Source: an uncultured Candidatus Rokubacteria bacterium (GTDB lineage Bacteria; Methylomirabilota; Methylomirabilia; Rokubacteriales; CSP1-6). Taken from it: 64,000 nucleotides of DNA. The stretch spans positions 64,001-128,000 of the forward strand of contig CAVWFS010000001.1 in the NCBI GenBank assembly GCA_963754315.1, in the 5' to 3' direction. The notes beneath the pieces were generated by a model. It was given only the letters and a program-made list of their open reading frames with translations, did not search any database and had not been told where the DNA came from. Numbering within the stretch: the first letter of the stretch is position 1; each line of letters starts with the position of its first letter. Position numbers and translations under genes: made by a program. Shown here piece after piece: positions 1 through 9,745 of this stretch.

Positions 1-1
1 C

Positions 2-940
2 GCTATTGGCGAGATCCTGATGGAGACCTTGGCCAATCGCGCCGACGCGCCGGGGATCCCCCTGACCCTGAAGCGTCGTAACGGCGTCCTGGTTCCCGTC
101 GAGGTCCGAGTGGCGCCCTTGAAGGGCGGGGACGGCAAAGACCTCGGCGTGGTCGGCGTGCTGCGGGATCTCACCGTCGTGCGGGAACTGCAACGCCAGC
201 TCGAGCGCTCTGACAGACTGGCGGCGGTGGGTACCCTCGCCGCCGGGCTCGCCCACGAGATCAAGAACCCGCTCACGTCGCTGGTCACCTTCACTCGACA
301 TCTCACTCGGCGGTTCGACGATGCGAGCTTCCGCGAGCGATTCCAGAGTATCGTACCGCGTGAGCTCGAGCGCATCAACAGGATCGTGGAACGGCTGCTG
401 GAGCTATCGCGGCCGGGACGCCTCACCCCCACGCCCGTGCACGTTCCAGCCCTCCTGGACCGGGCCGTCGATCTCTACAGCCACCGCATTGAGGCCCAGG
501 GAGTGCGAGTCACGCGCGAGTACGCGGCCACGTTGGTCACGGTGTCCGCCGACGAGGACCAGCTCTATCGCGCCTTCGTGAACCTGGTGGCCAACGCCCT
601 CGACGCCATGGACAAGGGCGGCCGACTCCTGTTGCGCGCGGGGTGGAGCGACGAGCGGGAGCCCGATCTGACCGGGCGCCTGCGCACCGGGCCCCGACTG
701 CGCGTGGAGATCTCCGATACGGGGGTAGGCATTGCGCCGGCCGCCATGGACCGCATTTTCACCCCGTTCTTCAGCACCAAGGAAGCGGGTACGGGGCTTG
801 GACTTGCTCTCACCCACAAGATCGTCGAGGATCACGGGGGCTCGATCCTGGTGAGGAGCAACCCCGGCACCGGTACAACCTTCCGGATTCTATTGCCGTT
901 GGTGGCGGGGCCGTCGTCCTCGTCACGGGAACTGTCATGA
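2..940 (+). CDS. PAS-domain sensor histidine kinase (NtrB/AtoS-like), 5' truncated by window edge
   Basis: Frame open from base 2. H-box LAHEIKNPL, N-box FVNLVANALDA, G1 DTGVGI, F-box FTPFFSTK, G2 GTGLGL. PAC-like segment upstream. Confidence 0.9.
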   Translation, partial: AIGEILMETLANRADAPGIPLTLKRRNGVLVPVEVRVAPLKGGDGKDLGVVGVLRDLTVVRELQRQLERSDRLAAVGTLAAGLAHEIKNPLTSLVTFTRHLTRRFDDASFRERFQSIVPRELERINRIVERLLELSRPGRLTPTPVHVPALLDRAVDLYSHRIEAQGVRVTREYAATLVTVSADEDQLYRAFVNLVANALDAMDKGGRLLLRAGWSDEREPDLTGRLRTGPRLRVEISDTGVGIAPAAMDRIFTPFFSTKEAGTGLGLALTHKIVEDHGGSILVRSNPGTGTTFRILLPLVAGPSSSSRELS

Positions 941-2085
941 GCGAGCCGCGGACCAGCTCAGCTCTGGGCGAGCACAGTCCGGTACTCGCCGTCCGCCCTG
1001 AACCGGCCGCCACCATCCTCGTGGTCCATGACGACCCCCGCGTGCAGGTGCTGCTCCAGGACCTCCTGGCGGACCGGCGCGGGCGTGTGATCGAGGTGGC
1101 TGACGTCAGTACCGCCGTGGTGCTAGCCCAGACCCTGCGCCCGGACTGCTTCGTGCTTGATCCCGCCCTGCCCGGCCTCCACTGGGACGCGCTGCTCGAG
1201 CAGCTCCGGCGCGATCCGCGTACGCGGCAAACGCCGGTGATCATGCTCACCGCCGCCGAGGGCAGCGTGGAAAGCATCGAGGCCGCGTTGGGTGAGGGCG
1301 CCGTCGACTACATCAGCCGGCCTGCCTCCCCCGCACATGTAGCGGCGCGTGTGCGGGGGGCGATCCACCGGGCCCATCGGCTTCCGGACCTCGGGAACAT
1401 CCGTACGGACTTCATCGCCATGCTCGTGCACGATCTCCGCACGCCCTTAACGGTGATCCAGGGTTATCTCGATCTGCTGGAGTCCTCCCCCTCCGTCAAC
1501 CCCGAGTCTCCCTCACGCTATCTCCGGAACATGCTGGCCTGCTGCGCTCAAATGAAGGGGCTCGTCGACGAGATCATCGACCTCTACAAGCAGGACGCTG
1601 GCAAGTTCATGGGTGAGGCACGTCCGGTTGACGTGGCCGCCCTCGTGTCTAGCGTGGCCGGCCGCTTCGCTCAAGCCGCAAGCCGACGAGGGATCGCACT
1701 CGAGGTCTCGGGTGCCGAGCGGCCATTACAGGTCCTCGGTGATTCGGGCCGGCTCGATCAGGTCCTCATGAATCTTCTCGGCAATGCGCTCAAGTTCACC
1801 CCGGACGGCGGCACCGTGACGGCGAGTATCCGTTCGCTCGACGATGAGATTGAGGTCTCGGTGGCCGATTCCGGCCCCGGAATCCCGGCCGCCGAGATCC
1901 CCCTTCTCTTCGAGCGCTTTGCTCAAGCCGGGGAGGGACGACGGTCACGGATGACCGGGACCGGGCTCGGGTTGTTGATCTGTCGACGCGTGCTCGAGGC
2001 GCACGGCGGGCGTATCTGGGTTGAAAGCCAACCCGGGTGTGGGGCGCGCTTCGTCTTCCGGCTCGTCCGCCTGGGCGATTCCTAG
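937..2085 (+). CDS. Hybrid receiver-domain/histidine kinase
   Basis: ATG at 937 overlaps upstream stop (ATGA). REC domain (ILVVHDD...VLD...VIMLTA), H-box VHDLRTPL, NLLGNALKFT, DSGPGI, GTGLGL. Confidence 0.88.
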   Translation: MSEPRTSSALGEHSPVLAVRPEPAATILVVHDDPRVQVLLQDLLADRRGRVIEVADVSTAVVLAQTLRPDCFVLDPALPGLHWDALLEQLRRDPRTRQTPVIMLTAAEGSVESIEAALGEGAVDYISRPASPAHVAARVRGAIHRAHRLPDLGNIRTDFIAMLVHDLRTPLTVIQGYLDLLESSPSVNPESPSRYLRNMLACCAQMKGLVDEIIDLYKQDAGKFMGEARPVDVAALVSSVAGRFAQAASRRGIALEVSGAERPLQVLGDSGRLDQVLMNLLGNALKFTPDGGTVTASIRSLDDEIEVSVADSGPGIPAAEIPLLFERFAQAGEGRRSRMTGTGLGLLICRRVLEAHGGRIWVESQPGCGARFVFRLVRLGDS

Positions 2086-2178
2086 CCAGTTCGGACCGCC
2101 CCCGCTCGGGCGCCAGCGCGACCGGTAAATTGGCGTAGGATCGACGTGGGGGCTCGCCCGGGGTCCCCAATCTCGAGC

Positions 2179-3165
2179 ATGCCGTCGATCACCGATACGG
2201 CCGTCGAAATGATCCAGTGGGTGTTCCCGGAGCACGCGGGCGCGCCCGGACAGATCCACGGCGGTCGCATGATGCAGTGGATCGCCCAGGCAGGAACCCT
2301 GGCAGCCTCGCGGGTGGCTCGAGGGCCGGTCGTGCTGGGGGCCATGGATGACATCGACTTTCTCCGGCCCGTCAAGGTAGGCGAGATCGCGATCCTGCGA
2401 GCCCAGGTCGAGGATGTCGGGACGAGCTCACTCGAGGTGGGCGTGCGCGTATGGTCTGAGAACGTGGTCAGCGGCACTCGCGCGGTGACCCTCAACTCGC
2501 ACCTTGTCTTCGTCAAGGTTGACGGCGCGGCGCGCCCGCGCCCGGTCGGCCAGGCGATCGTCCCCAGCCACGACGCCGAAGCCCTGCTCGTGGAGGCGGC
2601 GCGCGGGCGCCGAGCGCAACGGATAGCCCGCCTCGCCGCGAACTCGACGCGCCCGCGCCCAGAGCCCGACGACGCAGACGAGGACGTGCGCTGGCGCTTC
2701 GAGTCGGTGCGCTCGGTACTGCCCGAGGATGCCCTCTTCGCGAATATGATGTTTCCCGGCAAAATGCTCATGGATATCGACGAGGCAGGCGGGATTCTTT
2801 CGATGCGATACTGCCGGGGATTCGTGATGACGGCGTGCCTCGATGCCCTGGACTTCTACTCGCCGATTTGGAGCCATGAGGTGGTGACCTTCAAGGCAGG
2901 ATTGACCCACGTGGGGACCTCGTCGCTGGAGGTGGGGGTGAAGGTCCTCGCCGAGCAGCCGCGGACGGGTGAGGTACGCCACGCGTGCACGGCCTTTCTC
3001 GCCTATGTCCATCTGGGGCCCGATCTGCGCCCCCGTCCGTGTCCCCCCTTCGTTCCGGAAACGGCGGGAGAGCGGCGCCGCTGGCAGGCGGCTCTGGTGC
3101 GGCGCGAGATGCGCTTGGAACGTGTGAAGCAGCTTCGAGCTGCTATTCAGAACGAAAGAGGGTAG
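2179..3165 (+). CDS. Acyl-CoA thioesterase, tandem hot-dog domains
   Basis: Two repeats of the YciA-like pattern (HGGRMMQWI..DFLRPVKVG..VGTSSLEVGV and FPGKMLMDID..DFYSPI..VGTSSLEVGV). Confidence 0.88.
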   Translation: MPSITDTAVEMIQWVFPEHAGAPGQIHGGRMMQWIAQAGTLAASRVARGPVVLGAMDDIDFLRPVKVGEIAILRAQVEDVGTSSLEVGVRVWSENVVSGTRAVTLNSHLVFVKVDGAARPRPVGQAIVPSHDAEALLVEAARGRRAQRIARLAANSTRPRPEPDDADEDVRWRFESVRSVLPEDALFANMMFPGKMLMDIDEAGGILSMRYCRGFVMTACLDALDFYSPIWSHEVVTFKAGLTHVGTSSLEVGVKVLAEQPRTGEVRHACTAFLAYVHLGPDLRPRPCPPFVPETAGERRRWQAALVRREMRLERVKQLRAAIQNERG

Positions 3166-3169
3166 AGCG

Positions 3170-3922
3170 ATGTCAGGGCATTCGCGGTGGTCACAGATCA
3201 AGCGGAAAAAGGGCAAGGCGGACGTCGAACGAGGGAAGCTCTTCTCCAAGATCCTGCGCGAGATCACGGTGGCCGCCCGTCACGGGGGAGGGGACCCCAA
3301 GGTCAACATGCGGCTGAAGTCGGCCGTGGAGGCCGCCAAGGAAGCGAACATGCCGCAGGACAATGTCAAACGCGCCATCCAGAAGGGCACGGGAGAGCTG
3401 CCCGGCGAATCCTACGAGGAAATCGTCTACGAGGGGTACGGCCCCGGTGGGGTGGCGGTGATGGTCCACGTCCTCACCGACAATCGCAATCGAACGGTCC
3501 CCGAGGTCCGTCGGGCGTTCGAGAAGCACGGCGGTAACCTGGGGGGGTCCGGAGCGGTCGCCTGGATGTTCGAGCGGAAGGGCGTGATCCAGGTTGACGC
3601 CACCAAGATCGGTGAAGACGATTTGCTCACCCTGGCCCTCGATGCCGGCGCCGCTGACGTGAGGCAGGTCGAAAAAGCTTTCGAAGTCACCACCACTCCT
3701 GGTGAAATGGATGCTGTACGCGGCGCGCTGGAAACGAAGGCGGTGCCTGTGCTGCGCGCCGAGGTCTTGCTCGTCCCCCAGTCGACAGTCCGCGTGGAAG
3801 GCAAGGAGGCGCCGGCTGTCTTGCGCCTGATCGAGGCGCTCGAGGAGCTCGACGACGTCCAGAACGTCTACTCCAATTTCGACATCCCGGACGATATCAT
3901 CGAGGCGATGTCGGCGGCCTGA
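3170..3922 (+). CDS. yebC: YebC/PmpR family protein
   Basis: MSGHSRWSQIKRKK, YEGYGPGG, DNRNRT, LEELDDVQNVYSN; precedes ruvC. Confidence 0.97.
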   Translation: MSGHSRWSQIKRKKGKADVERGKLFSKILREITVAARHGGGDPKVNMRLKSAVEAAKEANMPQDNVKRAIQKGTGELPGESYEEIVYEGYGPGGVAVMVHVLTDNRNRTVPEVRRAFEKHGGNLGGSGAVAWMFERKGVIQVDATKIGEDDLLTLALDAGAADVRQVEKAFEVTTTPGEMDAVRGALETKAVPVLRAEVLLVPQSTVRVEGKEAPAVLRLIEALEELDDVQNVYSNFDIPDDIIEAMSAA

Positions 3923-3959
3923 CGAGTTCTCGGGAGTCCCCACGGCCGCCCGAGGGGCG

Positions 3960-4445
3960 ACGCGTGTCCTCGGCGTGGATCCGGGACTCGTCGATACCGG
4001 CTATGGTGTGTTGGAGCGACGGGCGCATGGCCTCGAGATCCTGGCCACGGGGGTGGTCAATGCGGACCCCCGGCTGTCGCTCGAGGGGCGCCTGGCCCGC
4101 ATCTACGATGGCATCCTCGAAGTCCTGGAGGCCTTCGCGCCAGCGGTGCTCGTGCTGGAGGATCTGTACACCGAGTACCGTTTCCCGCGCACGGCGATCC
4201 TCATGGCCCACGCGCGCGGAGTCATCTGCCTGGCCGCCCGTCAACGGGGTATAGTCCTCATGACCCTTCCGCCCGCCACCGTCAAGCGCGCGATCGCGGC
4301 AAGCGGCGCGGCATCCAAGGAGCAGATCCAGCTGTCCGTCCAGCGTATCCTCAAGCTGACGCGGCCGCCGACTCCATCCCACGTCGCCGACGCGCTTGCC
4401 CTCGCCCTCACTGGGCTCTCACGGGCCGGAGCTCCCTTAGCGTGA
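3960..4445 (+). CDS. ruvC: Holliday junction resolvase RuvC (start codon uncertain; ACG at 3960 or 3942)
   Basis: RVLGVDPGL..GYGV, LVLED, GAASKEQI, ADALALA; lies between yebC and ruvA. Confidence 0.93.
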   Translation, partial: TRVLGVDPGLVDTGYGVLERRAHGLEILATGVVNADPRLSLEGRLARIYDGILEVLEAFAPAVLVLEDLYTEYRFPRTAILMAHARGVICLAARQRGIVLMTLPPATVKRAIAASGAASKEQIQLSVQRILKLTRPPTPSHVADALALALTGLSRAGAPLA

Positions 4446-5107
4446 TCGCTACCCTCTCCGGGCGACTGCGCCGCAAGCTCGAGGATCGGATCATTCTCGA
4501 CGTGGTGGGGGTGGGCTACGAGGTCTATCTGCCGCCCACGGTGATGCGCCAGCTCGAACGCGTCGAGTCGGGCGACGGGGACAGCCAGCTCGAGCTGGTG
4601 ATCTACTACCATGCCACCCGTGATCAGCCGCGTCCGGTCCTCATCGGCTTCACGGCAGACCTCGACAAGGAGTTCTTCGAGAGGCTCATCACGGTAAAGG
4701 ACATCGGTCCCATGGTGGCCGCCCGGGCGCTGGCTGTCTCGGTCGGCGAGGTGGCCTCGGCCATCGTCCGGCAGGACGAGAAATTCTTGCGCGCGTTGCC
4801 CGGTATCGGTCCTCAGAAGGCGAAGAACATCGTCGCCCAGCTCCAGGGAAAGGTCGCCAAGTTCGCGCTGGCTCGGGAAGACGCCCTCGCCCCGCCGGCA
4901 AGGTCGTCGTCGGTGCCGGTGGAGACTGACGGCGTGCGTGAAATGGTGTGGGAGGTGCTCGTGAAACAGCTCGGCCATCGCCCGAGCGAGGCGTCGCAAC
5001 TGATCAGTGACGCCCTCAAGCGCCGCCCCGAGCTGCGCACGCCCGAGGAGCTCTTCGAGGAGATCTACCGAGCCGCGCCGCCGCCTACGGCTAGGACGGC
5101 GCCGTGA
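4442..5107 (+). CDS. ruvA: Holliday junction branch migration protein RuvA
   Basis: [16 protein letters not shown]; HhH motifs IGPMVA and LPGIGPQKA. Confidence 0.95.
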   Translation: MIATLSGRLRRKLEDRIILDVVGVGYEVYLPPTVMRQLERVESGDGDSQLELVIYYHATRDQPRPVLIGFTADLDKEFFERLITVKDIGPMVAARALAVSVGEVASAIVRQDEKFLRALPGIGPQKAKNIVAQLQGKVAKFALAREDALAPPARSSSVPVETDGVREMVWEVLVKQLGHRPSEASQLISDALKRRPELRTPEELFEEIYRAAPPPTARTAP

Positions 5108-6147
5108 CAGGCCCGGAGCGGGCCACTGGGCTCGGTGGAGGGGCCGCGCCCGAAGAGGCCCCGTTCGAGCGGCAGCTCCGCCCCCAGTCGTTCAAGGAAT
5201 ATGTCGGTCAAGAACAGGCCGTGGCCAGTTTGCGGGTGTCGGTGGAGGCGGCCCGCCAGCGTGGCGAGTGCGTGGACCACGTGCTCCTCTACGGGCCGCC
5301 AGGGCTCGGCAAGACGACACTCGCTGGCATTCTCGCCAACGAGATGGGAACGACGCTGGTCCCCACCTCAGGCCCCGCCATCGAGCGAGGTGCCGATCTC
5401 ATGGGGATCCTGACCAACCTTGGTCGGCACGACGTGCTCTTCATCGACGAGATCCACCGTCTTCCCCGGGCCGTGGAGGAGCTCTTATATCCGGCCATGG
5501 AAGACTTCTCGGTGAACTTCGTGATCGATAAGGGAATGCACGCGCGCACGCTCAAGTATCAGCTGTCGCCCTTCACCTTGGTGGCAGCCACGACGCGGCC
5601 TGGCATGCTGTCGGCGCCCCTGCGTGAGCGGTTCGGAATCTTTCACCACCTCGATTTCTACTCGGAAGAAGAGCTCGGTCGCATTGTGGTGCGGTCTGCG
5701 GCCATCCTCTCCGCTCCCATCGAGGCGGGGGGAGCCCGTGAGCTGGCGCGCCGCTCGCGGGGGACCCCGCGCATCGTGAACCGCCTGCTGAAGCGTGTGC
5801 GCGACTACGCTCAGGTCAGCGGGAACGGCATGATCACCGAGGTCGTGGCCGCCGATGCCCTCGACCGGGAAGGGGTCGATGCGCGGGGACTTGATCGCCT
5901 CGACCGGCGCTTCCTGACGGCCATTGTGGACCACTACCAGGGAGGTCCGGTGGGGATTGAAGCCCTGGCCGCCACCATCAATGACGAGGCAGAGACCCTG
6001 GCCGAGTTGGTGGAGCCGTATCTGCTCAAAATCGGGTTCGTGGTTCGGTCGCCGTCCGGTCGCAAGGTCACCCGCGAGGCGTATTCGCATCTCGGCAAGA
6101 CGCCACCGGTAGCCCCGCGGCCCCAGCCCGGTCTCTTCGACGAATGA
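5104..6147 (+). CDS. ruvB: Holliday junction DNA helicase RuvB
   Basis: [44 protein letters not shown]. Confidence 0.98.
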   Translation: MTGPERATGLGGGAAPEEAPFERQLRPQSFKEYVGQEQAVASLRVSVEAARQRGECVDHVLLYGPPGLGKTTLAGILANEMGTTLVPTSGPAIERGADLMGILTNLGRHDVLFIDEIHRLPRAVEELLYPAMEDFSVNFVIDKGMHARTLKYQLSPFTLVAATTRPGMLSAPLRERFGIFHHLDFYSEEELGRIVVRSAAILSAPIEAGGARELARRSRGTPRIVNRLLKRVRDYAQVSGNGMITEVVAADALDREGVDARGLDRLDRRFLTAIVDHYQGGPVGIEALAATINDEAETLAELVEPYLLKIGFVVRSPSGRKVTREAYSHLGKTPPVAPRPQPGLFDE

Positions 6148-6359
6148 CCGACATCGGTAAGGCCCTGATCGTGCTTGGCCTCGCGATTGTACTGGTGGGC
6201 GTCGTGCTTACATTCTTCGGCCGCATTCCCTGGCTTGGCCGCCTGCCCGGTGACATTCACGTGCAGCGGGGAAGCTGGTCGTTTTACTTCCCGCTGGCCA
6301 CCTCGCTTCTGTTGAGCGTCGTGCTCTCCCTGCTCTTCTACGTCTTCGGGCGCCGGTGA
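6144..6359 (+). CDS. DUF2905 small membrane protein
   Basis: [20 protein letters not shown] signature; typical position after ruvB. Confidence 0.88.
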   Translation: MTDIGKALIVLGLAIVLVGVVLTFFGRIPWLGRLPGDIHVQRGSWSFYFPLATSLLLSVVLSLLFYVFGRR

Positions 6360-7519
6360 TCCAGCGCCGCCTCCTCCTCCTGTTGTTGACGGTATGCCTG
6401 GCTATCCCTGCGGGGGCGGCTCAGCCAACTCCGCCGTCGATCACCATCAGGGTGGCCTTGGCCGAGCGTGCACCGACCGTAGAACTGCGGGGCTTCCAGC
6501 TGGAGATCGTCGAGCTCGGCCCATGTCAGGGCTGCCCCAGCGAGCCGTCGCGGGCCGAGGTAGTACGCGCCCAGGTGTGGCGGGCCGACGTGCTGCGTGC
6601 CGTGCCCAGCGGGGCTGGCGTTGACCTGGATGGGAGGCGGGCACAAGGGTTCAGGGTCGTCGGAGACCGGATCCGGTGGAACGGTCGTGACTATGGCGGG
6701 TTCATCGAGCTGATCCGTAACGGCGACGGCGTGGCCATCGTCAACGAGGTGGCACTTGAGGACTACGTGGCCGGGGTGCTTCGGGCGGAGGCGGGAGAGA
6801 GGTGGCCGGCCGAGGCGCTCCGAGCGCAAGCGATTGCCGCCCGAACGTATGGTGCCTATCACCGCATCTTGGGAGCCAGCAAGCCGTACCACCTCGTGGC
6901 GTCAATCGCCCATCAGCAGTATGCGGGGCGGGTGGGATCGAGTTCCCCGGTTTGGGCGGCGGCGAGCGAGACAGCCGGGCAGGTGCTCCTCTGGGAGGGC
7001 GAACTGTTCCCGGCGTTCTACCATACGGAGAGCGGGGGATTCACCGAGGATCCTCGCGCTGTGTTCGCCGCCCGCAACATGCCTGCCCTGAAGGCAGTCC
7101 GGTGCGAATTCTCGATCGGCTCCCCGCACTTCTACTGGACGCTCGACCTCAAGCTTTCTGACCTTACGGAGGCGTTGCGCCGCCACGAGGTACCGGTGGG
7201 CACGGTGACCGCCCTCGAGGTGGTGGAACGGACGCCATCACTGCGAGCCACTTGGGTCATGGTGCAGGGCAACCGCGGTCGCGTCCGCCTTCGCGGCAAT
7301 GATCTGCGGCGCATGGTCGGCTACGACGTGCTCAAGAGCACGCTCTTCGCGGTGGCTGTCCATGGCGATACTGCACAGTTCGCCGGCCGCGGCTACGGGC
7401 ACGGCGTGGGACTCTGCCAGTGGGGCGCCAAGGGCATGGCCGAGCAGGGCTATGTGGCCCGCCAAATTCTGGAGTTCTACTATCCGGGCACCACCCTCGG
7501 GCTCTTGACGGGACGCTGA
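6356..7519 (+). CDS. SpoIID/LytB domain lytic transglycosylase-like protein
   Basis: Signal peptide, NEVALEDYVAGVLRAE, ALRAQAIAARTY, GRGYGHGVGLCQWGA, ILEFYYPG. Confidence 0.93.
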   Translation: MIQRRLLLLLLTVCLAIPAGAAQPTPPSITIRVALAERAPTVELRGFQLEIVELGPCQGCPSEPSRAEVVRAQVWRADVLRAVPSGAGVDLDGRRAQGFRVVGDRIRWNGRDYGGFIELIRNGDGVAIVNEVALEDYVAGVLRAEAGERWPAEALRAQAIAARTYGAYHRILGASKPYHLVASIAHQQYAGRVGSSSPVWAAASETAGQVLLWEGELFPAFYHTESGGFTEDPRAVFAARNMPALKAVRCEFSIGSPHFYWTLDLKLSDLTEALRRHEVPVGTVTALEVVERTPSLRATWVMVQGNRGRVRLRGNDLRRMVGYDVLKSTLFAVAVHGDTAQFAGRGYGHGVGLCQWGAKGMAEQGYVARQILEFYYPGTTLGLLTGR

Positions 7520-7521
7520 GG

Positions 7522-7854
7522 GTGTCGATCGTCTGGTCGGACTTCGAGAAGGTCGACATCCGGGTCGGCACCGTGACGGACGCCAAGCCTTTCCCCGAAG
7601 CGCGCAAAGCGTCCTATCGACTCTGGATCGACTTCGGTCCGTTCGGCGTGAAGCGCTCGAGCGCTCAGATCACCGCCCACTACACGGCCGAGTCGCTCCT
7701 CGGTCGGCAGGTGATCGCCGTGGTCAATTTTCCGCCCAAGCAGATCGGACCCTTCCTCTCCGAGGTGCTTGTGCTCGGGGTGTATGACACTGACGGCGAG
7801 GTGATCCTGCTTCAGCCCGACCGGGCAGTCAATCCAGGGGGGCGCATCGGCTGA
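7522..7854 (+). CDS. csaA: tRNA-binding/export chaperone CsaA
   Basis: DFEKVDIRVGT..PFPEARK..SSAQIT..VVNFPPKQIGPFLSEVLVLG; GTG start at 7522. Confidence 0.93.
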   Translation: MSIVWSDFEKVDIRVGTVTDAKPFPEARKASYRLWIDFGPFGVKRSSAQITAHYTAESLLGRQVIAVVNFPPKQIGPFLSEVLVLGVYDTDGEVILLQPDRAVNPGGRIG

Positions 7855-7893
7855 CCCGTAGGGAGGGGTTTCGAGCGAGCCGCCTGCGACTTC

Positions 7894-8094
7894 TTAGACC
7901 GACACGTGGGTTACCCTCAGGGAGTCCGATCCTGCCCTGCCCTCGGCAAGCAAGTCTTCGAGCATCGGGTAACAGGCTCCGCAACTGCTGCCCGCCCCGC
8001 AGGCGGCGCTGAGCGCTTCAACCGTCTCGGTTCCGCCGGCCACCATCCTGCGCACCATCGAGTCGGGGACGCCCGTGCACAAGCAGACAATCAT
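7894..8094 (-). CDS. bfd: Bacterioferritin-associated [2Fe-2S] ferredoxin
   Basis: MIVCLCTGV...GSSCGAC; adjacent to bfr. Confidence 0.9.
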   Translation of the reverse strand: MIVCLCTGVPDSMVRRMVAGGTETVEALSAACGAGSSCGACYPMLEDLLAEGRAGSDSLRVTHVSV

Positions 8095-8099
8095 CGTGA

Positions 8100-8133
8100 A
8101 ATTAGGGATACCTAATTACGGAGAAACTGTCAA
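8100..8133 (-). promoter_or_regulatory. Putative bfd promoter (TTGACA -35) overlapped by palindrome AATTAGG-GATA-CCTAATT (DtxR/MntR-type box)
   Basis: Minus-strand TTGACA at 8133-8128, 17 nt to a weak -10 (TATCCC). Perfect 7-bp inverted repeat 8100-8117 in an AT-rich patch. Confidence 0.6.
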
Positions 8134-8148
8134 CCTCTATTTTTCCTT

Positions 8149-8622
8149 CTATTCGTCCTTCACCTGCTGGGCGAGGTAGTGGGCCTCGCCCATCTGCTGG
8201 ATCTGGGCAAACTGGGCCTCGATCCAGTTTGCGTGGCCTTCCTCGGCGTGGAGGATTTCCTCGAGCAGGTGACGGCTGCCATTGTCGCCCACCGTCCGGC
8301 ACACCTCGATGCCCTCGTTGAGCATGGCGATCGCGGCCTTCTCGGTTTCCAGGTCCAGGCGCAGCTGTTCGGGCACCGTCTGGCCGACGTTGACCTTGTT
8401 CAGGCGCTGCAGGTTCGGGACGCCCTCGAGGTAGAGAACGCGCTGGATGAGGCGGTCCGCGTGTTTCATCTCACCCATCGATTCCTCGCGCAGTTTCTTC
8501 CACAATCGCTCGTACCCCCAGTTCTCACACATGCGTCCATGGATGAAGTACTGGTTGACGGTGGTCAGCTCGGCGGTCAGGATCTGATTCAGGAGCGTAA
8601 TGACGCGTTCATCGCCTCGCAT
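8149..8622 (-). CDS. bfr: Bacterioferritin
   Basis: [58 protein letters not shown] upstream of ATG at 8622. Confidence 0.96.
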   Translation of the reverse strand: MRGDERVITLLNQILTAELTTVNQYFIHGRMCENWGYERLWKKLREESMGEMKHADRLIQRVLYLEGVPNLQRLNKVNVGQTVPEQLRLDLETEKAAIAMLNEGIEVCRTVGDNGSRHLLEEILHAEEGHANWIEAQFAQIQQMGEAHYLAQQVKDE

Positions 8623-8707
8623 GTGCGCCTCCCTCCCGCAGGATATCGGCACTGGGGATTCTACTGCCCGGGACGGCCCGGGCACCACGCCCATGTACAC
8701 TCGGCCC

Positions 8708-9745
8708 GTGGAATTGAGCGCCTTCGACTATGGGCTGCCCCCCGCCGCCATCGCCCAGACGCCGGCCGAGCGGCGAGATGCCGCCCGTTTGCTCGTCATC
8801 GATCGCGCTCGGCAGCAGTTCTCTGATCGACAGTTTACGGACTTGCCGGCCCTTCTCCGCCCCGGCGACTGCCTGGTCGTCAACGACTCGCGCGTAATCC
8901 CGGCCCGAGTCCTCGCGCGACTCGAGGGAACCGAGCGACCCGTGGAGATCGTCTTCCTGGAGGAGGCGTCGGGGGGATGCTGGCTGGCCCTGGTCCGTCC
9001 TGGTCGCCGGTGTCGCCTGGGGGTAACGTTGGTGGCGGGCGGGGAGGAGCGAGCGCGGCTGCGCGTGGTTGGAATCGAGGCCGACGGTGGCCGCCTCCTC
9101 GAGCGGCTTGACGGCACGATTGGGGATCTCCTGGCGCGCCATGGCTTACCACCCCTACCGCCCTACATCGAACGGTTTGCCAAACCATCCAGCGAAGACT
9201 GGGAACGCTACCAAACCGTTTACGCGCACCATCCTGGTTCAGTGGCGGCGCCCACCGCGGGTCTGCACTTCACGCCGGAGATCCTGGCTCGGCTCAAGGC
9301 AGGCGGGGTCGAGCTTCACGCCCTCACTCTGCATGTCGGTCCCGCGACCTTCCGGCCGCTGCGCGGCGACCCGGTCGAGCAGCAGTCAATCCCGGCGGAG
9401 CGGGTGGTGTTGACACGAGAGGTTGCGCGCGCCGTCAACAGCGCGCGGGCCGAAGGGCGGCGTGTGATTGCGGTGGGCACCACCACCACGCGCGCCCTGG
9501 AGGGAGCCACGCGAGGTTCCCACTGGGTGGAGCCGGTCACCGGCACGGTGGACCTGTTCATACGGCCTGGGTACGCTTTTCGGGTCGTCGACGCGCTCAT
9601 CACCAACTTTCACCTGCCGCGTTCGTCGCTGCTCGTCTTGGTGTCCGCCTTCGCGGGTCGCGAACTGATCCTGAGCGCCTACGCGCACGCCGTGCGGAGC
9701 GGCTATCGCTTTTACTCCTACGGCGACACGACCCTCATCCAATGA
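8708..9745 (+). CDS. queA: S-adenosylmethionine:tRNA ribosyltransferase-isomerase
   Basis: [59 protein letters not shown]. Confidence 0.97.
   Translation: MELSAFDYGLPPAAIAQTPAERRDAARLLVIDRARQQFSDRQFTDLPALLRPGDCLVVNDSRVIPARVLARLEGTERPVEIVFLEEASGGCWLALVRPGRRCRLGVTLVAGGEERARLRVVGIEADGGRLLERLDGTIGDLLARHGLPPLPPYIERFAKPSSEDWERYQTVYAHHPGSVAAPTAGLHFTPEILARLKAGGVELHALTLHVGPATFRPLRGDPVEQQSIPAERVVLTREVARAVNSARAEGRRVIAVGTTTTRALEGATRGSHWVEPVTGTVDLFIRPGYAFRVVDALITNFHLPRSSLLVLVSAFAGRELILSAYAHAVRSGYRFYSYGDTTLIQ

Noticed and set aside
6356..7519. SpoIID as evidence of sporulation
   Set aside because: SpoIID/LytB homologs are common in the ruvB-queA neighbourhood of non-sporulating bacteria.
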